Assembly: GCA_036171915.1 (NCBI GenBank)
Contig: JAVHRY010000008.1
Coordinates: 1 to 63,674 of the forward strand
DNA length: 63,674 bases
Direction of reading: 5' to 3'
DNA from: Elusimicrobiales bacterium
GTDB taxonomy: Bacteria; Elusimicrobiota; Elusimicrobia; Elusimicrobiales; UBA9959
Below the pieces are notes generated by a model that searched no databases, was not told the DNA's origin, and was given only the letters and a program-made list of their open reading frames with translations. The first letter of the stretch is position 1. The number at the start of each line of letters is the position of its first letter. A program made the position numbers and the translations under genes. This document shows positions 24,576-35,325 of the stretch, in pieces.

Positions 24576-26099
24576 GTGATTTACATCCTCGACCTTCTGA
24601 TAGCCCTCTTCCTGATCCTGCTTAACGGCGCCTTCGTTATAGTGGAGTTCTCCCTGGTTAAAGTGCGCTACACCCGCCTGGAAGAGCTGGCCGCGCGGGG
24701 CTTGAAGTCCGCCAAGCTGGCGAAGAATCAGGTAAAGCACATAGATTCCTACCTCTCTTCCATCCAACTGGGCATCACCATGGCGAGCCTCGGCCTGGGC
24801 TGGATCGGCGAGCCCGCCCTTGCCGCCATCCTGGCGCCGGCGCTAAGCTGGTTCTCCGTCGCGCCAGGGTCCCCCCTCGCGCACACCATCTCCTTCACCG
24901 CGGCCTTCGCCCTAATCACAGGCTTTCACGTAATAGTGGGAGAGCAGACCCCCAAGTACATGGCGCTCCTGATGCCGGAAAAATTCGCGCTGTACTCGGC
25001 CATCCCGCTCGAGATCTTCTACCGCGCCACCTACCTGCCGATGCTCTTCATCAACAAGAGCGCCAACTTCGTGCTGCACCTCTTCCGCCTGAAGCCTTCT
25101 GAAAGCGAAGCGTTGCATTCAGACGAGGAACTGCGCATGATCCTGGGCCAGTCGCAGGAGCACGGCAAGATCTCCCTCGGCCGCCTCATGATGTTCGAAC
25201 ACCTGTTCGACTTCGGCAAAACCCGCGTAAAAGAAGTAATGACCCCGCGCGCCGCCATCTCCATCCTTAACGCGGCCGCCCCGTGGGAAGAGAACCTGAA
25301 GATCGTGAAAGAAAAGCAGTTCTCGCGCTACCCGCTGGCCGCCCCCAACGGGGCCATAAGCGGCTACATCCACTTCAAAGACCTCACGGTAGCTATGCTC
25401 ACCCGCGGCGCAGCCCCCGCCGTGCCAGACCTGGCCGCGGTAAAGCGTCCGCTGCTCGAAATACAGGAAGAAATGTCGGTGGAGCGCGCGCTGCGCGACT
25501 TCCAGGACAAGCGCGTGCAGCTGGCGCTGGTGAAGAACGCCAAAGGCGAAGCCACAGGACTACTGACCATGGAAGACGTAATAGAAGAGCTTACCGGCGA
25601 GATCCGCGACGAATTCGAACAGCCCCCCAAGCTGCTGCTCAGCCACCTTATAGTAAAAGGCGCCTGCGAAATGGAGATGAAAGAGCCTGGCCGCTTCGAG
25701 GCCATCCAGGAGCTGCTGGGAAAACTCCACGCCTGCTCCCCCTCCTTCGACAAGGACGAGGCACTCAAAGCCATCGTAAAGCGCGAGACCAACTTCTCCA
25801 CCGCCCTCGGCCATCAGACCGCTTTTCCCCACGCCCGCCTGGCCTCGCTGTCCAGACCACTGCTGGCCGTGGGCAAAAGCAAGGACGGGGTTTATTTCCC
25901 CACGCCGGACAACCAGCCGGTGAAGCTCATTTTCCTCATCCTCACACCCTTCAACGAGCCCACGCTCCAGCTGAGTATCCTCTCGCAGCTATCCGGGCTT
26001 ATCTCCAACGTAACCCTGCGCAAGCGCCTGTTCACGGCCAAAACCCACGAAAACCTGATAGACATAGTCAACACTTTTGAAAATAAAGTAATGAAGTAG
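24576..26099 (+). CDS. CNNM/DUF21 transporter with CBS pair and a C-terminal PTS EIIA-type-2 domain
   Basis: 507 aa with a GTG start. The N-terminal DUF21 TM domain (LLNGAFVIVEFSLVKVR) is followed by a CBS pair. The last ~150 aa carry AFPHARL...VKLIFLILTP, typical of PtsN-like EIIA, in place of the usual CorC_HlyC domain. Confidence 0.75.
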   Translation: MIYILDLLIALFLILLNGAFVIVEFSLVKVRYTRLEELAARGLKSAKLAKNQVKHIDSYLSSIQLGITMASLGLGWIGEPALAAILAPALSWFSVAPGSPLAHTISFTAAFALITGFHVIVGEQTPKYMALLMPEKFALYSAIPLEIFYRATYLPMLFINKSANFVLHLFRLKPSESEALHSDEELRMILGQSQEHGKISLGRLMMFEHLFDFGKTRVKEVMTPRAAISILNAAAPWEENLKIVKEKQFSRYPLAAPNGAISGYIHFKDLTVAMLTRGAAPAVPDLAAVKRPLLEIQEEMSVERALRDFQDKRVQLALVKNAKGEATGLLTMEDVIEELTGEIRDEFEQPPKLLLSHLIVKGACEMEMKEPGRFEAIQELLGKLHACSPSFDKDEALKAIVKRETNFSTALGHQTAFPHARLASLSRPLLAVGKSKDGVYFPTPDNQPVKLIFLILTPFNEPTLQLSILSQLSGLISNVTLRKRLFTAKTHENLIDIVNTFENKVMK

Positions 26100-26115
26100 G
26101 CGTACGGAGAACAAT

Positions 26116-26151
26116 AAAAAAGCCCTGTGGAGAAAACCACAGGGCTTTTTT
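26116..26151. terminator. Bidirectional terminator
   Basis: AAAAAAGCCCTGTGG-AGAAAA-CCACAGGGCTTTTTT between convergent genes. Confidence 0.85.
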
Positions 26152-26187
26152 AACGGGCTGATTTCCAGCTAAACCGCGGCAAGCTGC

Positions 26188-26556
26188 TTATTTTTTTACC
26201 GGCGCTGTTTTAACCGGCGCCGGGGCTCCGGCAGGGGCGGCCGCGGGAGCGCCGCCGGCAGGCTGGCCGGGCTGGGCGGGAGCGGCCTGCTGCTGCAGGG
26301 GATACTGCTGCACCACCGAGTTGAACCGCCGGTTGGAACCGAACACCGTCAGCAGCAACGAGGTTATGGCGAACAGCCCGGCCGCGATGGCGGTGAATTT
26401 CTTTATAAATGAGGTGCCGCTGGCGGCGTTAAAGAGGGAATCCCCCCCGCCGCCGAACATGGAGAGCGCCGAGCCCTTGCTGGTCTGGAAGACCACTATT
26501 ACTATTATTATCACTAACGCCAGCACCACGTGGGATATCAGTATCAGGTTGTACAT
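26188..26556 (-). CDS. secG: Preprotein translocase subunit SecG (with Pro/Ala/Gln-rich tail)
   Basis: 122 aa with two TM helices and the loop QTSKGSALSMFGGGGDSLF typical of SecG. The C-terminal ~45 aa are low complexity. Confidence 0.85.
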   Translation of the reverse strand: MYNLILISHVVLALVIIIVIVVFQTSKGSALSMFGGGGDSLFNAASGTSFIKKFTAIAAGLFAITSLLLTVFGSNRRFNSVVQQYPLQQQAAPAQPGQPAGGAPAAAPAGAPAPVKTAPVKK

Positions 26557-26644
26557 TTATTAAGTCCTCCGGGTAATTTAGTAAATCGTGAACCGGAAAC
26601 CGTAAATAGTTAAGACGCCGACGCTATTTACTATTGCCGGCCGC

Positions 26645-27874
26645 CTATTTACGCTCCTGCTTCTGCGACAGCGCCACCAGCCCGGGCAGCTGCTTGCCCT
26701 CCACGAACTCAAGGCTGGCGCCGCCGCCGGTAGAGCAGTGTGAAATATTTTCCGGTTTGACCTTGGCGGTTTTAAGCACGCTCAGGGTATCGCCGCCGCC
26801 CAGAATGGTGGTGGCGCCGCCGCGGGTAGCCTGCGCCATGGCGTTGGCCACGGTTATGCTGCCGCTCGCAAAAGCCGGAGTTTCAAAAATCCCCACGGGG
26901 CCGTTCCAGAAAATAGTCTTGGATGCCTTTATCTTGTCCGCGAACAGCAGCTCCGTGCGGGGGCCGATGTCCACGCCTATCCAGCCGTCCGGCACGGCCA
27001 TGGCCTGGGTTATCTCCACCTTGGCGTCGGGTTTTATTTCCTTCACCACGCGGTGGTCCGCCGGCAGCAGCAGCTCCACGTTCTTGCGGTGCGCTTTTAA
27101 AATTATATCCTTGGCTTCCTCCACCTTGTCGGCCTCCAGCAGAGAGTTGCCGATATTAGTGTTCTGCGCCGCCAGGAAAGTATAAGCCATGCCGCCGCCT
27201 ATGATCAGGGTATCAACCTTCTCGATCAGGCTGTACAGCACGGAAAGCTTGTCGGCCACCTTGGCGCCGCCGATAATGGCCAGGAAAGGCCGCACCGGGT
27301 TCACCATAGCGCGGTCCAGGTACTCAAGCTCCTTCTGCACCAGGAAGCCGATGGCCCCCGGCAGGAACTTGCAGATGGCCGCGGTGCTGCCGTGCGCGCG
27401 GTGCAGCGCGCCGAAGGCCTCCTGCACGAAGAACTCGCCGTGCCTGGCCAGCAGTTTCGCGAAAACTTCGTCGTTCTTCTCTTCCTCGGCGTGGTAGCGC
27501 AGATTCTCAAGCAGCACTATCTCGCCTTTCTTGGCGGCGGCCACCACCTTGTCGGCTTCGGGGCCCACGCAGTCCGGGGCGAAATGCACTTTTACGCCGG
27601 CCAGCTTTTCGAGGTGGGCAGCCACGGGTTTAAGGGTATATTTGGGGTCCACCTTGCCCTTGGGGCGGCCAAGGTGCGCCATCAGCACGACCCTGCAGTT
27701 GGCGTCCAGTAAAAATTTAACGGTTTTGAGGGTTTCACGGATGCGGGTGTCGTCCACTATCACGCCGTCCTTGATGGGCACATTGTAGTCCACGCGGACC
27801 AGCACGTTCTTATCTTTAAGGTGCGCGTCCTGCACTTTGGCCAGCTTTAAAACGGTTTTAATATCGGCGGGCAT
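26645..27874 (-). CDS. pgk: Phosphoglycerate kinase
   Basis: 409 aa with VRVDYNVP, MAHLGRPKG, AIIGGAKVADK and STGGGASLEF. Confidence 0.95.
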   Translation of the reverse strand: MPADIKTVLKLAKVQDAHLKDKNVLVRVDYNVPIKDGVIVDDTRIRETLKTVKFLLDANCRVVLMAHLGRPKGKVDPKYTLKPVAAHLEKLAGVKVHFAPDCVGPEADKVVAAAKKGEIVLLENLRYHAEEEKNDEVFAKLLARHGEFFVQEAFGALHRAHGSTAAICKFLPGAIGFLVQKELEYLDRAMVNPVRPFLAIIGGAKVADKLSVLYSLIEKVDTLIIGGGMAYTFLAAQNTNIGNSLLEADKVEEAKDIILKAHRKNVELLLPADHRVVKEIKPDAKVEITQAMAVPDGWIGVDIGPRTELLFADKIKASKTIFWNGPVGIFETPAFASGSITVANAMAQATRGGATTILGGGDTLSVLKTAKVKPENISHCSTGGGASLEFVEGKQLPGLVALSQKQERK

Positions 27875-27985
27875 AGTTATTCACCTCACTACGAATCTGT
27901 TTATCCTCTGCAAGCTTTAGGCCATAAGCCATAGGTTTCTAAGGGTTTTCCTTATAGCCTATGGCTTACGGCTTATGGCCTATGT

Positions 27986-29296
27986 CTATTTCTTTAGCAG
28001 CTTCTGCACTATCGCTTTAAGGGCGGGCTTGCGCTCTTTCAGCTGGTAGGTAACGCGCACGGACGGCTTGTTGAAGTTAAGGTGCTTCGCAAGGTCTATG
28101 GGCGTACCAACTATCACCACGTCGGCGGGGACGGCGTTTATGGTCTTCTTCAGTTCCGCCATCTGCGCGTCGCCGTAACCCATGGCGGGCAGAATGTCGG
28201 TAATCTGCTTGAAGTTCTCGTATACTTTTTTGATGGTGCCTACGGCGTAAGGGCGGGGATCCACGATTTTCGCGGCCTTGTACTTCCTCGCGGCCACGTG
28301 GCCGGCGCCGAAGTTCATTTCGCCGTGGGTAAGCGTGGGGCCGTCCTCTACAACCAGCACCTTCTTCCCCTTCACGCTGCCGTCTATGGTGACCGGGCTT
28401 TCGGCCTCTATAATGATGGCCTTGGGGTTCATCTTCTTGATGTTCTCTTTCACCAGTTTCACCTGGGCGGCGGAAGCGGTATCAACCTTGTTGATCACGA
28501 TCACGTCGGCCATGCGCAGGTTCACCGCGCCGGGGTGGTAGCTGGCTTCGTTGCCGGCCCGGAGCGGGTCGGTCACCACTATCTGGAGGTCGGGCTTGTA
28601 GAAGGACATGTCGTTGTTGCCGCCGTCCCACAGGATGACGTCCGCTTCCTTCTCGGCGCGCCTTAATATTTCGCCGTAGTCCACGCCGGAGTAGATGATA
28701 TGCCCGGCGGCTATGTGCGGCTCATACTCTTCCATCTCTTCGATGGTGCACTTGTGCTTCTTTAAGTCCTCAAGGTTGCCGTAGCGCTGCCAGGTCTGCT
28801 TCACCAGGTCGCCGTAGGGCATAGGGTGGCGGATGGCCACCACTTTCTTGCCCATGGATTTAAGGATGTCAGCTATGTAGCGCGTGGTCTGGCTCTTGCC
28901 GCAACCGGTGCGCACGGCGCACACGGAGATCACGGGCTTCTTCGACTTGATATAGGTATGTTCGCCGGAGAGCAGCTTGAAGTCCGCGCCGCAGGCCAGC
29001 ACCAGGGAGGCCTTCGCCATGATGGTCTGAAAAGACACGTCGGAGTAGGCGAACTCCACTTCGTCCACCCTAAGCTTCTTGATCAGCCCGGGGAGCTCTT
29101 TCTCTTCATATATCTTTATGCCCTTCGGGTACAGCTTGCCGGCGAGTTCTTTGGGGTACTTGCGGCCCGCTATGTTGGGAATCTGGTAGGCGGTGAACGC
29201 TACCACTTCATAAGCCGGGTTATTGCGGTAATACACGTTGAAGTTGTGGAAGTCGCGGCCGGCGGCTCCCATTATCAGCACTCGTTTCTTGGACAT
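27986..29296 (-). CDS. Cyclic 2,3-diphosphoglycerate synthetase-like P-loop protein (predicted-GTPase family)
   Basis: The track ORF was trimmed to the ATG at 29296, which is preceded by AGGAGAA; the longer frame would overlap gap. The protein starts MSKKRVLIMGAAGRDFHNFNVYY and has a P-loop RTGCGKSQTT. Its size of ~436 aa matches the cDPGS-like family. Confidence 0.65.
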   Translation of the reverse strand: MSKKRVLIMGAAGRDFHNFNVYYRNNPAYEVVAFTAYQIPNIAGRKYPKELAGKLYPKGIKIYEEKELPGLIKKLRVDEVEFAYSDVSFQTIMAKASLVLACGADFKLLSGEHTYIKSKKPVISVCAVRTGCGKSQTTRYIADILKSMGKKVVAIRHPMPYGDLVKQTWQRYGNLEDLKKHKCTIEEMEEYEPHIAAGHIIYSGVDYGEILRRAEKEADVILWDGGNNDMSFYKPDLQIVVTDPLRAGNEASYHPGAVNLRMADVIVINKVDTASAAQVKLVKENIKKMNPKAIIIEAESPVTIDGSVKGKKVLVVEDGPTLTHGEMNFGAGHVAARKYKAAKIVDPRPYAVGTIKKVYENFKQITDILPAMGYGDAQMAELKKTINAVPADVVIVGTPIDLAKHLNFNKPSVRVTYQLKERKPALKAIVQKLLKK

Positions 29297-29382
29297 TGTT
29301 GTTCTCCTGTCGCAAACACGCACAAAACCGGGCGTCTTAGGGTCCCCGCCGTGGCGCGGACCCGACACCCGGGTAAAATCAC

Positions 29383-30438
<1,056 letters not shown>

Positions 30439-30694
30439 TTATGTGTCTCCTTTAGTTAGTTCCACAAAGCCGTTCAGCCGCATAATAATTGTACCAAATT
30501 TGTATTTCCGGTTTTCCTTTTCCCTGGTTAAGGCGTCCTTAGTCCACGGCTTGCCCCTTCCACGCTTTTATAGCCGCCAGGCGTTTAAGCACGCTACTGC
30601 GCGCCGTCGCGCTTTTGATGCCCGCAGCCAACCGGCGGGCGCGGAAAGCCGACACATAAGGACAGTCCACCAGCGCTTTTTCCGGTTCCGCCAG

Positions 30695-30726
30695 AAAAAA
30701 CCGCCCTTAAAGAGCGGTTTTTTATA
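30695..30726 (-). terminator. Probable terminator of the UXS/GT39/GT2 operon
   Basis: Minus strand AAAAAACCGCTC-TTTAA-GGGCGGTTTTTT. The stem is weak. Confidence 0.5.
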
Positions 30727-30747
30727 TTTCCATCTCCTGGCATCCCT

Positions 30748-31692
30748 CTATTTCAGCGTCCTGCGGAAGTAGTCCACGGTCTTCACCAAACCTTCGTTAA
30801 GTTTTATCTTCGGTTCCCAGCCCAGTTTTTCTTTGGCCAGGCGGATGTCGGGCTGGCGCTGGCGCGGGTCGTCCTGAGGCAGCGGCTTATAAACCAGCTT
30901 GCTCCGGCTCTCCGGGATAAGCGCCAGCACCTTTTCGGCCAGCTGCTTTATAGTGAACTCTTCCGGGTTGCCGACGTTTACCGGCCCGGTGAAAGCGGAG
31001 GTATTGTTCATCATCGCCAGCATGCCCGCCAGCAGATCGTCCACGTACTGGAAACTGCGCGTCTGGCTGCCGTCTCCGTAAATAGTTATATCCTCGTTGC
31101 GCAGGGCCTGTACTATGAAATTGCTCACCACCCTCCCGTCGTTGGGGTGCATGTTGGGACCATAGGTGTTAAAGATGCGGATAACGCGGATCTGCACGCC
31201 ATGCTGCCGGTAATAATCAAAGCACAGCGTCTCGGCGCAGCGCTTGCCCTCGTCGTAGCAGGCGCGCGGGCCTATGGTATTCACCCGGCCCCAGTAACCC
31301 TCCGGCTGCGGGTGCACGTCGGGGTCGCCGTACACCTCGCTGGTGGAAGCCTGCAGGATAACGGCCTTGGTGCGGCGGGCCAGGCCCAACATGTTTATCA
31401 TGCCGTTCACCGAAGTCTTGGTGGTATGCACCGGGTTGAACTGGTAATGGTTGGGCGAGGCCGGGCAGGCCAGGTTATAGATCTGGTCCACCTCCACGGT
31501 AAGCGCGGAGCAGATGTCGTGGCGGATAAATTCGAATTTCCTGTTATCCAGCAGGTCCAGCACATTATCCTTGGTCCCGGTGAACAGGCTGTCGGCGCAG
31601 AGCACGTCGTGGCCGTCGGCCACCAGCCTGCGGCATAAATGGGACCCGATAAACCCCGCCCCGCCGGTAACAAGTATTTTTAGCTTAGTCAT
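30748..31692 (-). CDS. UDP-glucuronate decarboxylase (UDP-xylose synthase-type SDR)
   Basis: 314 aa with [28 protein letters not shown] and [11 protein letters not shown], a UXS/ArnA-C-terminal-like extended SDR. Confidence 0.85.
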   Translation of the reverse strand: MTKLKILVTGGAGFIGSHLCRRLVADGHDVLCADSLFTGTKDNVLDLLDNRKFEFIRHDICSALTVEVDQIYNLACPASPNHYQFNPVHTTKTSVNGMINMLGLARRTKAVILQASTSEVYGDPDVHPQPEGYWGRVNTIGPRACYDEGKRCAETLCFDYYRQHGVQIRVIRIFNTYGPNMHPNDGRVVSNFIVQALRNEDITIYGDGSQTRSFQYVDDLLAGMLAMMNNTSAFTGPVNVGNPEEFTIKQLAEKVLALIPESRSKLVYKPLPQDDPRQRQPDIRLAKEKLGWEPKIKLNEGLVKTVDYFRRTLK

Positions 31693-31759
31693 TGTTTCTC
31701 CCTGAAAAACCGCCGCCAGTAAAATTCTAAAGAAGCCGGCTCCTTTTCGAGGCGCGTTT

Positions 31760-33229
31760 TCACTGGTCCAGCAGCTGGAACAGCACCCAGTTATCCGCCG
31801 AAGCGAATTCCTTTACGCGCCGCGCGGGGATTTCCCGCTGCAGGCCGGCGTAATCGGCCGGGGCCGCTATCACCAACACCCTGCCGCCCTCCGCCTTCTG
31901 GCCGGCGAGTTCGCCCGGAGACAGTACCTGGGAGTCCAGCGGCCGGCCGCTGTAAAAAGTCAGCCCCTGGTTGAAAATATAAACAAGCCCCTTGAATAGA
32001 ACCACGCGGTCCTTCGGCGCGGCCACGCGCTCCACGCAGCGGTAAAGCGAGATATATTCGCTGGGGCCCTTGGGCGCGGGCATGGGCAGCAGCACGGTCA
32101 AAAGCGTAATACAGGCAAAACACAGGCAAGCCAGGTGCTGGAACCACGGGTAAACCGCGGCTTTTATTAACCTGTCCAGCGCGGCCGCCGCGAAGATAGC
32201 GGCAGGCACCAGGGCCGGCACCAAATAGCGCACGCCGAACACGCTGCTTACCGAAAGCGCGGCCATTATCACCCAGAACCACAGCAGCAGCAGTATGCCC
32301 CCTTCCCTTTCGGCGGGGTCGCGCAGCCGGGCCGCGCTAAGCCACATTCCGTAAAAGGCCGGCGCGCTCCAGTAGAATATCCTGAACATTTCTTTTAACG
32401 GCCGGTAGAAAGGGTTGGTATAGCCCGGCAGGCCGCCGGCCGTCAGCGGCCCTATGCCGCACTGCGAATCAAGAAATTCCCGCCCGTGCGCCAGGTACTG
32501 CGGCACCGCCCAGGCGGCTATCAGCGCCAGGGCCCCAGCCAGCGCGGCCAGGAAATACGGGCTGAAAAGCTTTTTCCACCGCCCCGTAAGCACAAGAAAA
32601 ACAGGAATTATGGCCAGCGCGTACATCCCCTGCAAAGCTTTAAAATAATACCCCAGCGCCAGGGAAAGGCCGTACAGCAGGAAATACCTGTCGTCCCCGC
32701 GGACGGCCCGCAAGGCGGCGTAAACGCTGAGCGTAAGCACGCAGGCGGCGGGCATGTCCATCATTACGCGCTGCGTATAGCGCAGAAAGAACAGGCTGGT
32801 GGACAGCACGAACACCGCCAGGAAGGCGCGCCGGGCGCCATAGATAAGCTTCACCGTTTTGTGCACCAGCAGGAAGGTAAGGAAGCCGCACACGGCCGCC
32901 GGGAACTTGGCCCAGTACTCGCTAACCGAAAAAAGTTTGAACGCCGCCGCCTCCAGCCAGAAGTAGAGCGGCGGTTTAAGCCAGCTTACCAGCCGGCCCT
33001 CGTGCATGGTGAACCAGTCGCCGGTCTGCAGTATGGAAACGCCCATGCAGGCGTGGGTAAGGTCGTCGAGCTGGGGCAGCACGTAGGCCCCGAGGTTGGC
33101 AAAACACAGCACCAGCAGGCAGAACAACCAGGCGGCGGCCAGTTGAGCCTCCCTTGAAGCGCGCGGGAACACGGCGTCGCCGTCCACGAAGGGTCTTAAA
33201 ATATCCGTGGCCCGTTTAATAATCGTCAT
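31760..33229 (-). CDS. ArnT/PMT-like polyprenyl-phosphate-sugar-dependent glycosyltransferase (GT39/GT83)
   Basis: 489 aa with about 11 TM helices. The first periplasmic loop has LDDLTHA...[22 protein letters not shown], resembling the DE/DD + KPPL motif of ArnT/PMT_2 proteins. Confidence 0.75.
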   Translation of the reverse strand: MTIIKRATDILRPFVDGDAVFPRASREAQLAAAWLFCLLVLCFANLGAYVLPQLDDLTHACMGVSILQTGDWFTMHEGRLVSWLKPPLYFWLEAAAFKLFSVSEYWAKFPAAVCGFLTFLLVHKTVKLIYGARRAFLAVFVLSTSLFFLRYTQRVMMDMPAACVLTLSVYAALRAVRGDDRYFLLYGLSLALGYYFKALQGMYALAIIPVFLVLTGRWKKLFSPYFLAALAGALALIAAWAVPQYLAHGREFLDSQCGIGPLTAGGLPGYTNPFYRPLKEMFRIFYWSAPAFYGMWLSAARLRDPAEREGGILLLLWFWVIMAALSVSSVFGVRYLVPALVPAAIFAAAALDRLIKAAVYPWFQHLACLCFACITLLTVLLPMPAPKGPSEYISLYRCVERVAAPKDRVVLFKGLVYIFNQGLTFYSGRPLDSQVLSPGELAGQKAEGGRVLVIAAPADYAGLQREIPARRVKEFASADNWVLFQLLDQ

Positions 33230-33957
33230 TTTTTCAGCAGTTCGTAGGTAAGCAGGCCGGATGTGTGCAGCAGGTACCTGAACAGCTCCTTAACGGTAAG
33301 CAGGCCGTAAGTGAGGCTGCGCTTGAAATTTATAGACGAGGCGTCAGCAAAATACTTGGTCTGCACCGGCACGTCGCCCAGCCGGAAGCCGGCGCTGGCG
33401 CACTCCACCAAAAACTGCGTGTCAAAAACAAAATCGTCGGAGTTCTTCTCCCAGGCTATAGTCTCAAGCACCTTGCGCGAATAGGCCCGCATGCCGCTGT
33501 GCCACTCCCCCAGGTTCTCGCCGGTTACAAGGTTGCTCACAAAAGTAAGGCCGCGGTTGGAAAGGTATTTGTAGAAAGGCATGCCGCCGTTCAGGGCCTC
33601 GCGGCGGGTGCGTATGCGGTTGCCCAGCACCACGTCGCAAACGTCGTTCTCGATAAGGCCAATAATGACGGGGATGATTTTGGGATTATACTGGTAATCC
33701 GGGTGCACCATTACAACTATCTCCGCGCCGTTTTCCAGGGCGTGGCGGTAGCAGGTCTTCTGGTTGCCGCCGTAGCCGGTGTTCTTTTCGTGCTGTATCA
33801 CCTTTATTCCCAGGCCGCGCGCCACTTGCGCGGTGTTATCCGAGGAGGCGTCGTCCACCAGCAGCAGGTCTTCCCGGTATTTTTCCGGTATGTCGGCCAC
33901 GGTCTGCGCAAGGGTCTTTTCGGCGTTATAGGCCGGCAGTACGATTATAGTCTTCAT
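33226..33957 (-). CDS. Glycosyltransferase family 2 (polyprenyl-phosphate sugar synthase-like, soluble)
   Basis: 243 aa with IVLPAYNAEKTL, LLVDDASSDNT and VHPDYQY. It overlaps the GT39 gene start by 4 nt. Confidence 0.75.
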   Translation of the reverse strand: MKTIIVLPAYNAEKTLAQTVADIPEKYREDLLLVDDASSDNTAQVARGLGIKVIQHEKNTGYGGNQKTCYRHALENGAEIVVMVHPDYQYNPKIIPVIIGLIENDVCDVVLGNRIRTRREALNGGMPFYKYLSNRGLTFVSNLVTGENLGEWHSGMRAYSRKVLETIAWEKNSDDFVFDTQFLVECASAGFRLGDVPVQTKYFADASSINFKRSLTYGLLTVKELFRYLLHTSGLLTYELLKK

Positions 33958-34119
33958 ACGTGAATTTTAACATTTTTTAATACCTCCCCCGCAGTAGACT
34001 CCCCCGCCGTAGAGGCCGCACCTCAATTCCCCGGGGTTTGGCCGCCTCCCCTTCCCAATCCCAATCCCCTTCCCCTTCTTAAAAAGCCACGGGACAATTG
34101 TTGTATAATTTACTTCCCT

Positions 34120-35325
34120 ATGACGACGGAAAACAAAGCCGACACGCTGCTCGGTTTCGGCCTGCTGGTCTTCGCGGCCTCGTGTATTCTCTCTATCACC
34201 GGGGCGGAATTTTCTCTGGCGCTTATGCTGGCCGCCATCATCTGGAAAGCCGCCTCCTCCCGCCGGGGGCTGGCGCAGGCGGCCGCGGAATTCCACGCCA
34301 ACGCGCTGGTATTTCCCCTTGCGCTTTACCTGCTGTCCTATATTTTTTCGTCCATCTTCTCCATGGACTCCGCGCATAGTTTTACGCGCCTTTTTACCGA
34401 GGCCATAAAAGCCTCTTCCGCGCTGCTGCTCTTCTCCGCCGTCTCGCGCAAAGGCCCGGAGAAAGCAGCCTTCTGGTTCACCACAGGGGCCGCCGCGGCG
34501 GCTTTAATGGGCGTGGCGCAGTTCGCCGCCAGCCTGCTGCACCAGGCCGGCGGCCTGGTGCGCGCGCACGGCACAACCCACCCCGTTACCTACGCAGAAG
34601 TAATGGCCCTGGCCATGCTGCTGCCGTTGCTGCTGGCCCAGACCACCCAGGGCCGCCTGCGCAAATTTTACGCGGCTGCGTTTTTAACGATAGGGGCGGG
34701 GTTCGCCTGCAGTCTTTCAAGAGGCCCGGCCATCGGCCTTTTATTCAGCCTGGCCATTATCTTCTCCGCGCGCCGCGACGTGCGCAAGCTGATCTTAACC
34801 GGCCTGGCTTTAGTTTTTATTATCTTCGCCGGCTCAGCCGCCCTGAGCGAAAGCTACCGCGCAAGAATAACTTCCATGGCCGGCTCCCCCCGTCAGGACT
34901 ATACGGCCAACGTGCGGCTGACAATGTGGAAAGCCGGCGCCGCCATAGCACGGGACTACCCTCTTACCGGCACGGGCACTTACGCCCTGCACAAGGTCTT
35001 TAACTACTACCACCACCTGCCCGTAGACGGGAAAATAGACTTCTCCGACGTGCACAACCTTTACATACAGCGAACCGCGGACTCCGGCATCCCCGGCCTG
35101 CTGGCCCTCCTGTTCCTGTTCGCCATGCTGCTGCGCGGCGCGTATTTAAATTTCCGCAAGACGGCGGGCCCGCTGGCTTTGTGGGGGTTGGCCGGCTTTG
35201 CGGGCTTTATGGTAATGATGGTAACCGACTCTTCGTTCGACTTACCCCGCACTTCTTTTCTTATTTACTTCATGTATGCCCTCTCCTGCCTCCCGGTAAA
35301 GCCGCAGATCCCCTTACCGGATTAG
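34120..35325 (+). CDS. O-antigen ligase family (Wzy_C domain) membrane protein
   Basis: 401 aa polytopic protein with SLSRGPAIGL and a large loop containing HNLYIQRTADSGIPGL, typical of WaaL/Wzy_C. Confidence 0.8.
   Translation: MTTENKADTLLGFGLLVFAASCILSITGAEFSLALMLAAIIWKAASSRRGLAQAAAEFHANALVFPLALYLLSYIFSSIFSMDSAHSFTRLFTEAIKASSALLLFSAVSRKGPEKAAFWFTTGAAAAALMGVAQFAASLLHQAGGLVRAHGTTHPVTYAEVMALAMLLPLLLAQTTQGRLRKFYAAAFLTIGAGFACSLSRGPAIGLLFSLAIIFSARRDVRKLILTGLALVFIIFAGSAALSESYRARITSMAGSPRQDYTANVRLTMWKAGAAIARDYPLTGTGTYALHKVFNYYHHLPVDGKIDFSDVHNLYIQRTADSGIPGLLALLFLFAMLLRGAYLNFRKTAGPLALWGLAGFAGFMVMMVTDSSFDLPRTSFLIYFMYALSCLPVKPQIPLPD

Noticed and set aside
30527-30660. ~43-codon minus-strand frame (VDCPYVSAFRARRLAAGIKSATARSSVLKRLAAIKAWKGQAVD) in the 312-nt gap upstream of gap.
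   Set aside because: It has only a GTG start, no RBS and no recognisable family. It could be a gene remnant, but that cannot be supported.
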